DNA of 64,000 nucleotides from Eledone cirrhosa (taxonomy: Eukaryota), in contig OZ024740.1 in NCBI GenBank assembly GCA_964016885.1, forward strand, positions 145,018,001 through 145,082,000, read 5' to 3'. A model generated the notes under the pieces. It was not told the DNA's origin and made no database searches. It saw nothing but the letters and a program-made list of their open reading frames with translations. The position numbers and the translations under genes are program-made. This document shows positions 37,851 through 50,500 of the stretch, one piece after another (position 1 is the first letter of the stretch; the number at the start of each line of letters is the position of its first letter).

Positions 37851-38145
37851 GTACAATTTACTCTCACAAACATACACACACCGCATTTCCTATAAGAAAT
37901 TCGCTTTCTAATCATAAGTTCCTAGGTTCTAACCCTACAGTTGTCCCTGTAATTAGTTATTCCTCCAAAGTCACACACCTATTTAAACCTCTATGCCGAA
38001 CATTTATGTAATTATATCCTAGAAATAAATTATTCAAATATCACAGTTTTCAATTACTTTCACATGTCAGTTAACTCACTACAGTGTCTCTTTTATGCAA
38101 ACCATTAATTTATCAAAATGCAAATTTCCCAAATTGTATAATTGT

Positions 38146-38675
38146 TCATCATCGTTTAACGTCCATCTTCCATGCTTGCATGGGTTTGGACAGGAATTTT
38201 CCCACTTGAGGCAAGATTTGTTGTCCTGCTCGTAGAGGACTGTCTGGCGGGTTTTCTATGGCTGGATGCCCTTCCTAACACCAACCACGTTTACAGTGTG
38301 GACTGGGAGGTTTTTACCGTGTTACCTACACGGCCACATTACAGCGTAGACTGTGTTTTTTTGTCGTGACACCTACATGATCTCATTTGTTTCGGACTGG
38401 ATGTTGTGGTACCAACATAACTTCATATTTAAGGGAGTGGTGTGGATGAAGTGTGGGTAGTGGGGCGGGGGTGTATTTTGTGAGAGGTGCCTACTGACTG
38501 TAGGTTTCGCTTTGTACTTAGGCAAGGCGGGTATTCTGTATGACTGTAGCGCCAAAGATCTTGGAGAGGTGTAAGTGTGTGAGGTCGGAATTTATCAAGT
38601 TGTCCCAGGTTTTTCTGGGTCTGCCTACTCCGTGGCTACCGTCTATTTTTATCGCCCTGCACTTTTTTATACAGC
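38146..38675 (-). mobile_element. RTE LINE 3' end with UTR and tail
   Basis: SCIKKCRAIKIDGSHGVGRPRKTW, followed by the UTR motifs and the catcatcg tail. Confidence 0.8.
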
Positions 38676-38850
38676 TTCTCTCTCTCTTGCGCCCTTGCCT
38701 TTGCTCTCTTTCGCTCTCTCTCTCTCTCTCTCGCTCTCGCTCTCTCGCGCTCTCTCTCTCTCTCGCGCTCTTGCTCTCGCTCTCTCTCGCTCTCGCACTC
38801 TTGCTCTCGCTCTCTCTCGCTCTCGCACTCTCTTGCTCTCTCTCTCTCTC
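38676..38850. repeat. (TC)n / (TCTCGC)n compound microsatellite
   Basis: Direct inspection. Confidence 0.9.
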
Positions 38851-39614
38851 ATCAATTCTCTGCACTTAGTATTATAGTAATTTAATTAATTTCAACTTCT
38901 CTTTTGTTATTATTTCTTTCAATAGTGATTGATTTTTTATTTTTTCTTCCCTTATCATAAAAACAATTTTTTTTCTGGTTTTAACGTACTCTGCCACACA
39001 TACAATCTGTCTGAAACACATTTTATTTAGCTGCACATCTGAACTACATGGGTCTGTAACACTACATAACATGGATATGTGTATCACAATTTATAACATG
39101 CACTTCTGTTTCACTGGAAGTAACTGTACTATATTTTAGTTAAATTAAAGACTATCACCGTGTATGGGTTACCTTAACTAAATATTGTTGGAAAATGTAA
39201 TTGGATTTAGTTATGTTAATAAATTAAAAAAGGTCATTGCAATGTTAACTATGGGTTTACTTAATGACCAAAAGCAATTAGTGTCACTCTACAATGTACA
39301 GTGTCTAAAGGTCATAACAATTTCACTTACACTTTTTCTCTGGATAACTTAATAACTGTTGCATATATGTGTTACACACAAAGACCACCAGTATCCACTA
39401 CATTTTATAGAACAACCTCATAACGACATTTTATAATCTATAAGGTTAAAAAGTGACTTAAAGCTAAGTGTCAGTAACATTATAATAGGGTTAACAATAA
39501 TCAGTCTATTTGTGTCATCTACAATCTATAGAGCAAACACCATCATTGCTTTATCATGATCAATGCTAATTTTATTTTTGCTGCCAATACTGAATGCTAG
39601 CATTGCTATCACAA

Positions 39615-39758
39615 GGTGTCAGAGGTATCACACTTTGTGGATGGTTATAATAGGGGTTGTGGATGGTTATAATAGGGGTTGGTAGAGGTATGTGAAGTAT
39701 CACATACCTCTACCAATCCCTATTATAACCATCCACAAACTGTGATACCTCTGACACC
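39615..39758. repeat. Near-perfect fold-back palindrome with a 4-nt loop
   Basis: Arms of about 60 bp around AGTA (39696-39699); the left arm has a 22-bp tandem duplication. Confidence 0.9.
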
Positions 39759-40334
39759 ATACAATTGTAAACTATTATTGTAGGCCCTCTTTGGTCATGA
39801 ATGACCATGGGTTTGCACCTAGAATGTTCTTCTCTGAGGCACAAACCCAGACAAGGTGGTTTTGTGGAAAACTGGCAGTTGTCCATGCATACCAGTCTCC
39901 CCTCTCCATGCCACTCGTGTTCAAGGGAAAGGCAAAAGCCAATACAGCCTAGCACCATTGATGCTGCAACACATTTCCTCCAGCTGGAGCAATGTAAATT
40001 AGTGTTTTGCTCTAGGGCACAATGCTCTAACTACTTAGCCATATATACCTTCATTATACACTATTAAGCACACCCTTATCAGAATACCGAAAGTTCTGCC
40101 ATGACTACCGTGACTATCACTAATACCACCATTATTAGCACCACTACCAATTCTATCATTACAACTATTTGATTTACAACTGTCCCTTAAATCAGACTCC
40201 CAAAAGTTATATTGCTACTACTGCCATTACCACCAACTACTACCATTGCCACTCTGATACAATTACTGCCATCAAAGAGTTCTTTAAATGTTAGAATGCT
40301 TCACTTATTTGTTCTCTCTGCATTCAATTTCAAC

Positions 40335-40735
40335 TGAGGTGAACTTTGCCTTTCATCCTTTCACAGTCGATGGAGTCATCTATTCCCTGTCGCCAAAAGT
40401 TTTAATGTTGTGCATAAATTAGAAACCATTATTGCCTTTCATCCTTACGGGGTCGATAAAATAAAGTACCAGTAATGTACTGGATAATTGCTGGCCTTGT
40501 GCCTAAAGTAGAAACAATTATTGTTAAGGGCGGTCGAATGGTAGAATTGTTAGATCATTAGACAAATATGCTTGACACTATTTACTTGTAGCCCTTTGCA
40601 TTCTAAGTTCAAATTGCCTTTCATTCTTTCAAGATTGATAAAATATAATACCAGTTACGTACTAGGTTCAATATAATTGACTGTTCCTCTTCCTCCAGAT
40701 TTCTGGCTTTGTACCTAAATTAGAAACCATTATTA
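40335..40735 (+). mobile_element. Cluster of three tandem tRNA-SINE (Nin/Deu-like) fragments
   Basis: Three gcctttcat..gataaaat..tagaaaccatt units. Confidence 0.7.
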
Positions 40736-41674
40736 ACACCACTGCTGCTCTGCTACCATTTCCACTGTCACCATTACTATAACTACCATCGTTATGCTAT
40801 CATTACTACTGTCATCACACACTACCTCTATCACCTATACATTGATTCTTTGCCCTCTTTTCAGATAGCTTTTACCAATTCTCTCATTCATTAATTTTCC
40901 TCAAAGAAATAATTTTTTTCATTTAGTATTTTATGTAAAGCACTCCATATCTTGTGTGTAATCTATGTACTCCATGTTATGTGTGTAATATGTAACACGG
41001 TTATGTAATAATCGGGAAACAGACTTCAGTGATTATTTTAAAATGCAGTTAACCCTTGCTAGTGTACTTCTAAATTTAATTTTGGGCAATACTAGATCTA
41101 ATTTTGTGCAGTAAGTTTACATTTTGTGTCAAATTCTACATGCATTTATATGGTAAATGATAGTTACAACTTAAAACATTCATAAAATGTAAAAAATAGC
41201 CATTACAAATGCTTCTCATATTCAAAGAATATCAAACACTGAATCATATCACTTGCCTCAAAGATTTGTGCAGTTCTAAAGTTTTCTTAAAATATAACCT
41301 GACAGACTCTGAGCAGCATTGGTTTTGGTCAGCATAAGGCTCTGCGCAGCATGTGTGTGTTGAGTATATCTGTATCAACTGCGTGGTATCTTATTTCTTT
41401 GTCTAGCACAAGGCCACATTTTAAGGAAACATGTATGATTGATTGAACAAATTCCATTTTATGACTGGTGCTTCCTTTTATCAACCTTAGAAAGATGAAA
41501 GATTGACTTTTGTTTCCAGCTCTATTGTTAAAACGTAGTGGTAATATAGTCATTTCAATAGTTTACAACAGGTACACCATATGGAATTCTTAACTTCTTT
41601 TCTGCGTGACTACTTTCCCTGACTATTATCATCATCATCATCATGATTTTCTTAAAACTTTGTCTTCTTATAGA

Positions 41675-41925
41675 GGCCTAGTGGTAAGGGTGCTGGACTG
41701 ATCATATTGTCATGGGTTCGATTCATGAACTGGGTTGTATGTTGTGTTCTTGAGCAAAACACTTCATATCACATTGCTCCAGTGTACTCAGCTGAAAATC
41801 AATTTCAGAAATAACTGAAGGTTTAACCTAGTGATAGACTGGCAGCTTGTCCAGAGTCCCCTCTAATGTACTCCTAGTCGCTTAACACCACAGAAACTGG
41901 GATAAGTACCATTCTGATGAGTTTG
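41675..41925 (+). mobile_element. tRNA-derived SINE with CORE-like central segment
   Basis: A-box GGCCTAGTGG, B-box GGTTCGATTC, then gtgttcttgagcaaaacactt. Confidence 0.7.
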
Positions 41926-43042
41926 AGACAGATTTTAGACTTCCTTTAGAGTAGCATTGCTTTTCCTGGTCACTTAAATTGTTAGTAGGTTTACATTTAT
42001 TGTATTGACAATAATGTAATTCAGCTTTTCTGAAGTAAAACATATCTTATACTCTATGATTGTTATTTGTTATTTTCTCCATCGTTTTGCTTTTAACATT
42101 TTCAACAATGGATTATTAGAACAGTCAAATATGTAAGGTCGGTGGGAAGAAGTCACTGCTGTGACATTTAAGGTTGTTTTTTTTTTTTTGTTTTTTTTTT
42201 TTACTATGAAAAATAGTTGAGCGTATTGGATATTTAAGTCCCTTGATATGAGGAAAGTGAGCAGTATCACCTGGGGAAATCAAACTTTGGTTCGCACGAG
42301 TAACACGATCCACTTTTCTGTCTCTAAGGGTTTATATGCTTAACTTGTTTGACTATTTTTCATAGTAAAAGAAAAATTGCATTGATGCAGCTTACATTAA
42401 GCCAGCATATTTTCAAAATACAAAATTTGTTCAAACCTTTTCTGAGACAAAATTCAACACTTCTTAAATACAACTGATTCTCTGCTAAATTCTATTTTTC
42501 TTTTTTTCTGGTGGTGGAAAGGACTATATCAGATTAAAGTTCTCTACTGTAGTCTTTGTTTGGAATAATTGCAGCAGTTAATTATAAGAACATAGAAGAA
42601 TACCAAAAATCATAAAATTGCTATATCTCATTTTGATCAGTGCTATATCTCATTTTGATCAGTGCTACATTCTGTCTCTCACTCCCTTTTGCACTGCCCT
42701 TTATTGCCTAGCAAATGTAAATATTTAGTTGTAAAACTGAAATTAAACTTGTTCTTCTGTGTGAGTTGCCAGACAGAATACAGTAAAAACTACTCATCAA
42801 ACATCATTAGCCATCAAGCTATAATGATCGTACTCAATGAACCCAAATATTTGTCTAAATTACTGTACTGACCGGCCAAGACCTTTGATTAATGGTTGCA
42901 TTAAAGAGGCGTCTTGATAGTTTTCTACCTATTTCTCATTTCTTGGATATGCGTGTGTGTGTGTCTCTCTCTTTCTCTCTCTTGTGTGTAAGTAAGCATG
43001 TGCATGTATGCAAATGGACATTAAATAATATGTATATACTCA

Positions 43043-44700
43043 TACATCATCATCATCGTTTTTATGCCCATTTTTCCATGCTTGCATGGGTTAGACAGAT
43101 CCTTCTCAGCAAAGCATCTCTCCACTTGCTGCATTTCTTCATCATTTCCTCTGTGAGTCTCAGCGACCTGAGGTCAGCTCTCACCATCTCTGCCCAGGTC
43201 TTCCTCATTTTGTCTCTACTGTGGCTTCTTTCCACTGCCATTTCTTGGCACTTCACCCATCAATCATCATCCATGCGCATCACATGTTCGTACCAATGCA
43301 GTCTTCTCTCTTGCACACCAGCTTGGATTCCTCTTAAACCCAGTTTCTCCCTCATTTCATCCAAGCTCCACCTTTGTCACATTTATATTGTTCATCCAAT
43401 GAAGCATGGCTACTTCATTTTTATCCAGTCTACATGCCTTCTGCAGTCACTGCCCATGTTTTAGTACCATGCAGCATTGCTCTTCGTACACAGGCGTCAT
43501 ACAGTCGTCCTTTTGTACATAAGGAGAAACCTTTTGATTTCAACAGTGGGAGTAGCTCTCTAAACTTCTTCAAACCCACCCATATTCTAGCTATTATACT
43601 CTTAGAGCACCCTTCTCTACTGCTAATTAAGTCACCTAGATAGAAGCTATCAACCACTTTTATGGACCATTACTGCTTGATTACTCTTGTATATCTTCTA
43701 CATACAAAGTCTTCTTTTCCTGTTAGTCTACCTGTTATCCCACATCTCTTGTGTACCCAAGATTTACATTGTGTACACCATAGTATTTTTCCCAGGCATG
43801 AAACCAAACTGCATCTCTTTTCCTAATAAGTTGTACTATAACTCTTTCTGTCACTTTTATAACTTGGTCCATTAGTTTTATTGTTCTCTAGTTGTTCCTT
43901 TCTAGAGTATCAGCTTTACCCTTGTAGCAATTTATGATTGTACTGCTGTGTCAGTCACTGGGTATGGCTCTTACTTAATTTACTATGCAGGTTATTAGTT
44001 TGACTCCTACCTCTCTCGATGCTCTTAGTACCTCAGCAACTATCTCATGGTCCCGCAGCTTTACTATTCTTCATCTCTTTGATTGCTTCTTTGACCCTAA
44101 AACTGTCACCTTCAATAGCTAGTTCTTCTGTTGGTTAAGTTGGGTGTAGTTTCTCTTCCTCCCATTTATTCTGTACATTCATCAATTTCTCATAGTAGCA
44201 TTTCCAGGCCTCTTTCTTTTGCTAAGTCTACCAGTATAATTTCTAACACATTTTTCCTCAAGATCTCAATGTATACTAACACTGCCTTGCAATGCGAAAC
44301 ACTTTACGTCTCAGGTCCTCACGTCTCAAGACATAGGCAAACTTTATTTTTTTCAGTCTCGCTCTTAGCTACCTGGTACTGGTCTCTGCTACCCAAACTT
44401 TTCCAGTCTTTCCATGCCTGTCTCTTGGCTTTAATGGCTCTATCCAGTGTGCTGTTCCACCACCAGATCACCCTCTGTTTGGCTGGCTCTTTATTCCAGT
44501 CAAAAGTCTCATCAGTGGTTTCCAAAAGGTTGTCACTTAGAATTTACAGTTGTCCTCTGTTATATGTATCTAGTTTGTCACCCATCTCATCTATTGCATC
44601 CTGTAGGTCCTTTCTAAACCTATATTTAACTGAAAGTCCTTTAGCTTCCAAACCCTCAGTCTCCATATTTTCCTGTGTATCTTGTTCTGTCTTGTGTTTA
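43043..44700 (-). mobile_element. RTE LINE, old and fragmented
   Basis: KGRLYDACVRRAMLHGTKTW, WWWNSTLDRAIKAKRQAWK, and the catcatcatcg tail at 43043. Confidence 0.8.
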
Positions 44701-46121
44701 TACTGATATCACTAATAACTTGTTGGTTGGTGCATTCTTCCCCAGGGAAACAATAAGGGTTTATTACAGTCCCCGTCCCCCCTCTCTCTCTCCACACACA
44801 TATTATATCTCTTCCTTCATGACACCTTTACACTAGCCTATTTATTTATTGAGTCATCCATTTCCCATAGGAAGCAATTTTAAAATGAAACCATTATTTT
44901 TTCTTCCAATAAACGTTAAAAATTACCAAGCCATTTTAACTGTCACCACCTTGTTTCTTGTTCTGAACAAACAGCTGGATAGCAGTACATCTCCTTAGAC
45001 TCTACCTGTCTCACTGCAGGACCACAGCCTGTTGACTAGGGCAAACCAGTCATATTAAACAAAACTATTTGCTATTGAAAGAATAAACAACAAAACAAAT
45101 GCCACTTCTTACCTTTTATTCTCTCCATTGTGATAGGAAAATGTTTTCTGACATATATATTTTCTCCATTGTACTGAATCATAATAGAAATACTACCCTT
45201 CTTCATACTTTCCATTCTAAGTTTATTATGTATGCATTGACCTGTAACTCCTGATGGAGTGATAGGGGTGTTGTTACCATGTGTCTTGAGCATTTGAAAT
45301 TTGGTGGAGCCCATCGTCCTGATTTTTTTTTTTTCCCCAGAGAAGGAGAGAGAGGCAGAAGAGGATATAGAGGAAGAATTGATTTCAGTAGTGGATTGAT
45401 ACTTTTTATCAACTTTGAAAAGCAGAGTTAATTTTAGTGGGATTTGAACATAACTAAATACCACAAGCTATTTTCAACTATGTTCTAAAAATTCTGTTAA
45501 TCCACCACCCCTTAATAATTGTCTCTAATACAGGCCAGATATTTGGCAATGGGGGAAAACAGTTGATTATATCAACACTAGTATTTGACTGGTGCTTTTT
45601 CTATCAACTGTGGAAGAATGAAAGGTAAAGTTGACATTGGCAGGATTTGAACTGAGAATGTAAAGAGCTAGAGCAAATATTACTCAGCATGTGTCCAACA
45701 CTATAACACCTTTGTTAATGCACCATCTTCCACTCCTTAATAACACCACCATAATCTGGACATTCAGTCCAGATTAGAATAAATTAATAACATTATTCAT
45801 GTTACTAATCTAAATAGAAAATGATGAATGAGAAGATTATGGCCAGTCACACATGCATGTACATGCATATGCATAAATTGTACACATGCATATGCTTAAA
45901 TTATGTACATAATGAATGTATATATGTGTGAATAGTGTTTATGTATCTGTGTATGCATAGTGTCAGCTGATTCCCAGCTAAACAAGTTTCTAGGAGGGAA
46001 CTTCTATATGGTTGCAGTTGCTGCTAGACTTAATAGCCAAAAATCACTCTATTCACACCCTACTATCTTAAATAAGGACTACATTAGATAATGTAGTCCT
46101 ACACACACCTAAAAAGACTAT

Positions 46122-46470
46122 AGCCTCGGCAGGATTTGAACTCGGATCGTAAAGGGACGTAACTATGCTGGAAAGCATGGCGTCCGACCTTCTACCGATA
46201 CTGCCAATCCACCGCCTATGATGGTGATAATAATGATGACGACTTGCCATGTGTGCATATACAGACATATTATTTCATGATAGGGTGGTGGATTGGCAGT
46301 ATTGGTAGAATTGGATGCCATGCTTTGACGTATAGTTACGGTCCTTGCCATTCCGAGTTCAAATCCTGCCGAGGTTAACTTTGCCTTTCATCCTTACGTG
46401 GTCGATAAAATAAAGTACCAGTAATGTACTGGGTAATTGCTGGCCTTGTGCCAAATGTAGAAACAATTAT
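46122..46470. mobile_element. Head-to-head pair of tRNA-SINEs (partial minus copy 46122-46215, full plus copy 46282-46470)
   Basis: Both match the 27530 family, in opposite orientations. Confidence 0.8.
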
Positions 46471-47259
46471 TTCATGATAGGATCAAAACATTATGCTGAA
46501 TGGAAGACTCATAAGGAAGGGGATTGTATTACAAATAGTTTTGCTTGGATTCATTCTGAATTGTTAAGGACCTAGTTTCAAACTGGTCCAGGCAGACTGT
46601 CTTTATTTCACTGCATTTGCTCTGGATTACTTTCAAATTAGATTGGAAGAACAGATGCACTCAGCACTGAATTGAAATCTATTCTTGGGGAAATGTTATT
46701 GCTATTACAACTACTATTTACTTATTTTACAAAACATCAAATTTGCTTTGTGAAGTGTGTGTGTGTGTGTGGGGGGGGGGGATACACAAGAGACAAGTAA
46801 CCACATGTTGGGGTCACATTTTAAAATTTTGCTTAGATATAATATTTCAGCATCAAAGCAGCAATAACTTACTGCTGGCCTATATTTCTTCTCTCACTCT
46901 CTCCATAATCTGGTTAATGTGCAATCAATTATATAAATGTCTTACAGCTGTCATGTATTTATTTACTTTTAATAAAGTATATCACTTCTAATAACTTAGT
47001 ATTTTAATTACAGGCATTAAAACAATACTAATTATAGCATTGCTTCAGTTTTCTTTTCCTGTTGGTGTTCTATTTATTTTGTATTAATCTAAGGAGAGAC
47101 GAGCTATTGAGTTGAGTTGGAGTTGGGAGTTTTTCTTTTAAGATTCTCAAAAATTTGAGGATAAGCATTTTGTATGGGGAAATATGATGCATTTTCAGAT
47201 GTGAGTTACATGTTGTCAGCTGTGATTTAACAGGCCTATGATCATATGCAGTCCAGTTG

Positions 47260-47505
47260 TTGCCATGCAATATGTGTATGCACTGCATTGCATGCACATT
47301 GCCATTGCATTGCACATACACATTGCCACTGAATTGCACATGCAAATTGCCACTGCATTGCATGTGCATCACCACTGCATTGTGCTTGCACATTGCTGCT
47401 ACACTACGCATGAACATTGTCACTGCATTGCATACAGGCATTGCACTGTAAATGCTATTTCATTGCATGCCCATCACCACTGCATGCACACTCCCATTGC
47501 ATCAC
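47260..47505. repeat. Degenerate CACTGCATTG-rich tandem repeat
   Basis: Recurrent cactgcattg/cacattg units. Confidence 0.7.
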
Positions 47506-50500
47506 CCTATACAATCAACCATAATAATACTGTGTTTATATAATTATACATATTTTCACAAACATACACATGCACACAAAGCATTTCTTATATCAGTTGT
47601 GTGGCCATAAGATGTTTGCTTTCCAGTCACAAGGTCTTGGATTCAAACCCTACATTTGTCCCTGTAAATAATTATTTCTCCAAAGGTTACTCATACCTTT
47701 AATCCTGGATGTCATTTGTGCATACATACTGAACATTTATGTAATTATATCCTAGAAGTAAATTATTGAAATATCATTTTTATCATTAATCACTTCCAGC
47801 ATAAACTATAGGGTTTCTCTTATGCAAACCATTACTTTATCAAAACACAAATTTCCCATTTTGTATGATTGTTCATGTATCTGGTAATCCTGTAAAGTGT
47901 TCTAAAAGTATAATACCCAGATTATGAATGGAGTGGAAAAATTCAGGGTGCTGTACCACAGCTGGCAGCAAAGAAATTTTCTCTTTAAGCAAACAAGTTG
48001 TATGATTCTTGTTTACAAAGTGTGAGGCTGTATTATAGCAAGGTGTAGGCATTGAATATGGAAGATTTATAAAAACTGGTAAGAAATGAGGTGAGAATGC
48101 CTTGCTGGAGGTATAATGTTAGTGTGACTGAGCACAAATGTGGTGAAATAAAAACTGGATATAAGGGGAATTACACGTAGTGTGCAAGAAAGAAGGTTGT
48201 CCAGGTATAGACATGTGATATACATGGAGGATGACTGTTGGGTCATGAAGTGTAATGTGATCCAAGTGGAAGGAACTTGTGGAAGATGATGATGGAGGAA
48301 AAAGTGATTTCAAGAAGCCGAAACTCGTGAAAGAAATGGCAAAGTATCACTATGTGACTTTATGATGTGCTAAAAAGACCTGTTTAACCCATGTAAGCTT
48401 GGTAAAACAAATGTAAGATGATGATGATGATGATGCCTCTGCCATGCATGTGTTCATGAGTGCCTCCCCCTCATATAAATGCATTCCACACACATACACA
48501 ACATACTCACACACAAATGCACTCCACAAACAAATGCCTCCCACACATAAATGCTCTTAGACTACCACTGTATTGGACCTACATGCTTTCATTTCATTGT
48601 TCATTATTACTGCCATTATATCCATTGCATTCAGCCTATCTATGTTTAATCAACTGGTGGTATTTCTCACCATATCTTTTTTACAATCTATAGTTTACTG
48701 CTACAAGCAGTAATAACAATAACTGCAGTAATAACAGCAACAACAAAGCTGTTTTATTGTGAAGTATGTCAAGGCTGTATGAATTAATAGCTTGGCCAGA
48801 ATAAGTTGCTGGAGAGTTTGGATATGGTCTAAATGATTCAGCTCTGACTAGACACTTAGATTAGAAAACTGCTACTACTCACTATAATCCTCTACAATTA
48901 TTCTATATTGATCTTTATCAATCAGTTGGTACAGTGGTGGTGAGGTTAAAGTGATAAATGATAGCCTACTTATGAGTTCTATCATTATTGTTTCTTCAGC
49001 TCCTTGTATTGAGAGTATTATATTTACTTGAGTGAGGTAGGGTAACTAAGCCTACACCCTAGCACTCTACTTCACAGTTGAACGTTGTAGTAGCAGGAAT
49101 ATTATATCAGTAGGAAAATAATTACTAGCAGAGAAAAATTATTTCACTCTTTTATGACCACATTTCTTATGAAATGCACTGTATTTGAATTAATAAAGAA
49201 TCTGGAGGGATTGACTAAAGTTAACCATTTCATTATTAAGATGGTATTCGTAACATAAACATAAAAGGTTTTATATCAACTTATTATGGAAGGTTTTTAA
49301 TTTAAATAACTCTGTTTCATAGAACCAGAGGCTATTTTGGGTGGGTTGATATCAAAATTGTACTTGCCTGAAGTCTTACAGCTTTTTTTTTTCTTTACTG
49401 TTTTCTTTGCTATTTTGTAATTCTTTAACTTTATAATAATTTTTTTTGTTGCTTTTTTGTTCTTGTTCATTTCTTGACTTCTTTATTTTAACTATATTTT
49501 CCCCTTGCTATAATAGGTTATATGGTTTTACAGTATATTAAATCACTTCTTGAAATCAATTTTTTTTAAAATACTAAGCATTTAAACAACTTCATCAGAT
49601 TGCAAAGCTATAATGTAATAAAGTTACTGTAAAGGAGTTTTAATGTTTTGAATTGTTTTCATATCTCTAACATTTATCATCTAATATAAGAAAGAAATAT
49701 TGAAATTTATGATTTGGAAATATTCTATCAAATTGTTTACAACTCCCAAGTCCAGTTTATAATCAAACTTCATACAGGAAATATTCTACAACAAATTTAT
49801 CATTATAATCAAACTATCTATTAGCTTTTTACAGTTATATTGATTGAGGTAATTGTTTTGACCAAAGATACAGCACAGTGCTGGTGATGGGATTTAAATG
49901 GTTGACTCTTAGGTTGGTAGCTGAAGTCTTTTGTTTCATAAGCAAATTGTGTTAGCATTTTTACACAAAGAGAACATTTATATAAAGAAAGAATTTTTTA
50001 TTAAGAATGTTCATTGTTAGTGTTTTCTAGATTTAGCTGATGATTAGTGTTGATATTTTTTTTCTGGGAGAGAGCCTCACTTGTTTATTCCTAGGTTATT
50101 GTTTATTCCTAGGTTGTTGTTTATTCCTAGGTTAACTTTGATTGAACAGTCTCTGATCAAAGGCATCATATGTTACCTAGTATGCCCTTCCTTTTATGCC
50201 TAGGATATGATTTTGGTGGAAATTGTGTTAAATGACATTAGTTCTGTAACCCTACAGTGATAATTAGTTGAAACTATCCAACTGCCTTGTGTTTTAGATG
50301 ATCTCATCATCATCATTTTATATCCGCTTTCCACAATGGCATGGGTTGGATGAGTTGTCACATTTTGAGATTAGACTGCTTGGAGAACCACACCTTGCTC
50401 TTATGTTCCATATTTTGGCATGGTTTTTACAGCTGGAAATTCTTCCTAATGTCAACCAACTTGCAGAATGTACTAGGTGTTTATATTGACATTGGCACTA

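Noticed and set aside
41913-41940. CTGATGAG hammerhead core
   Set aside because: No GAAA or stems follow; it is the 3' part of a SINE.
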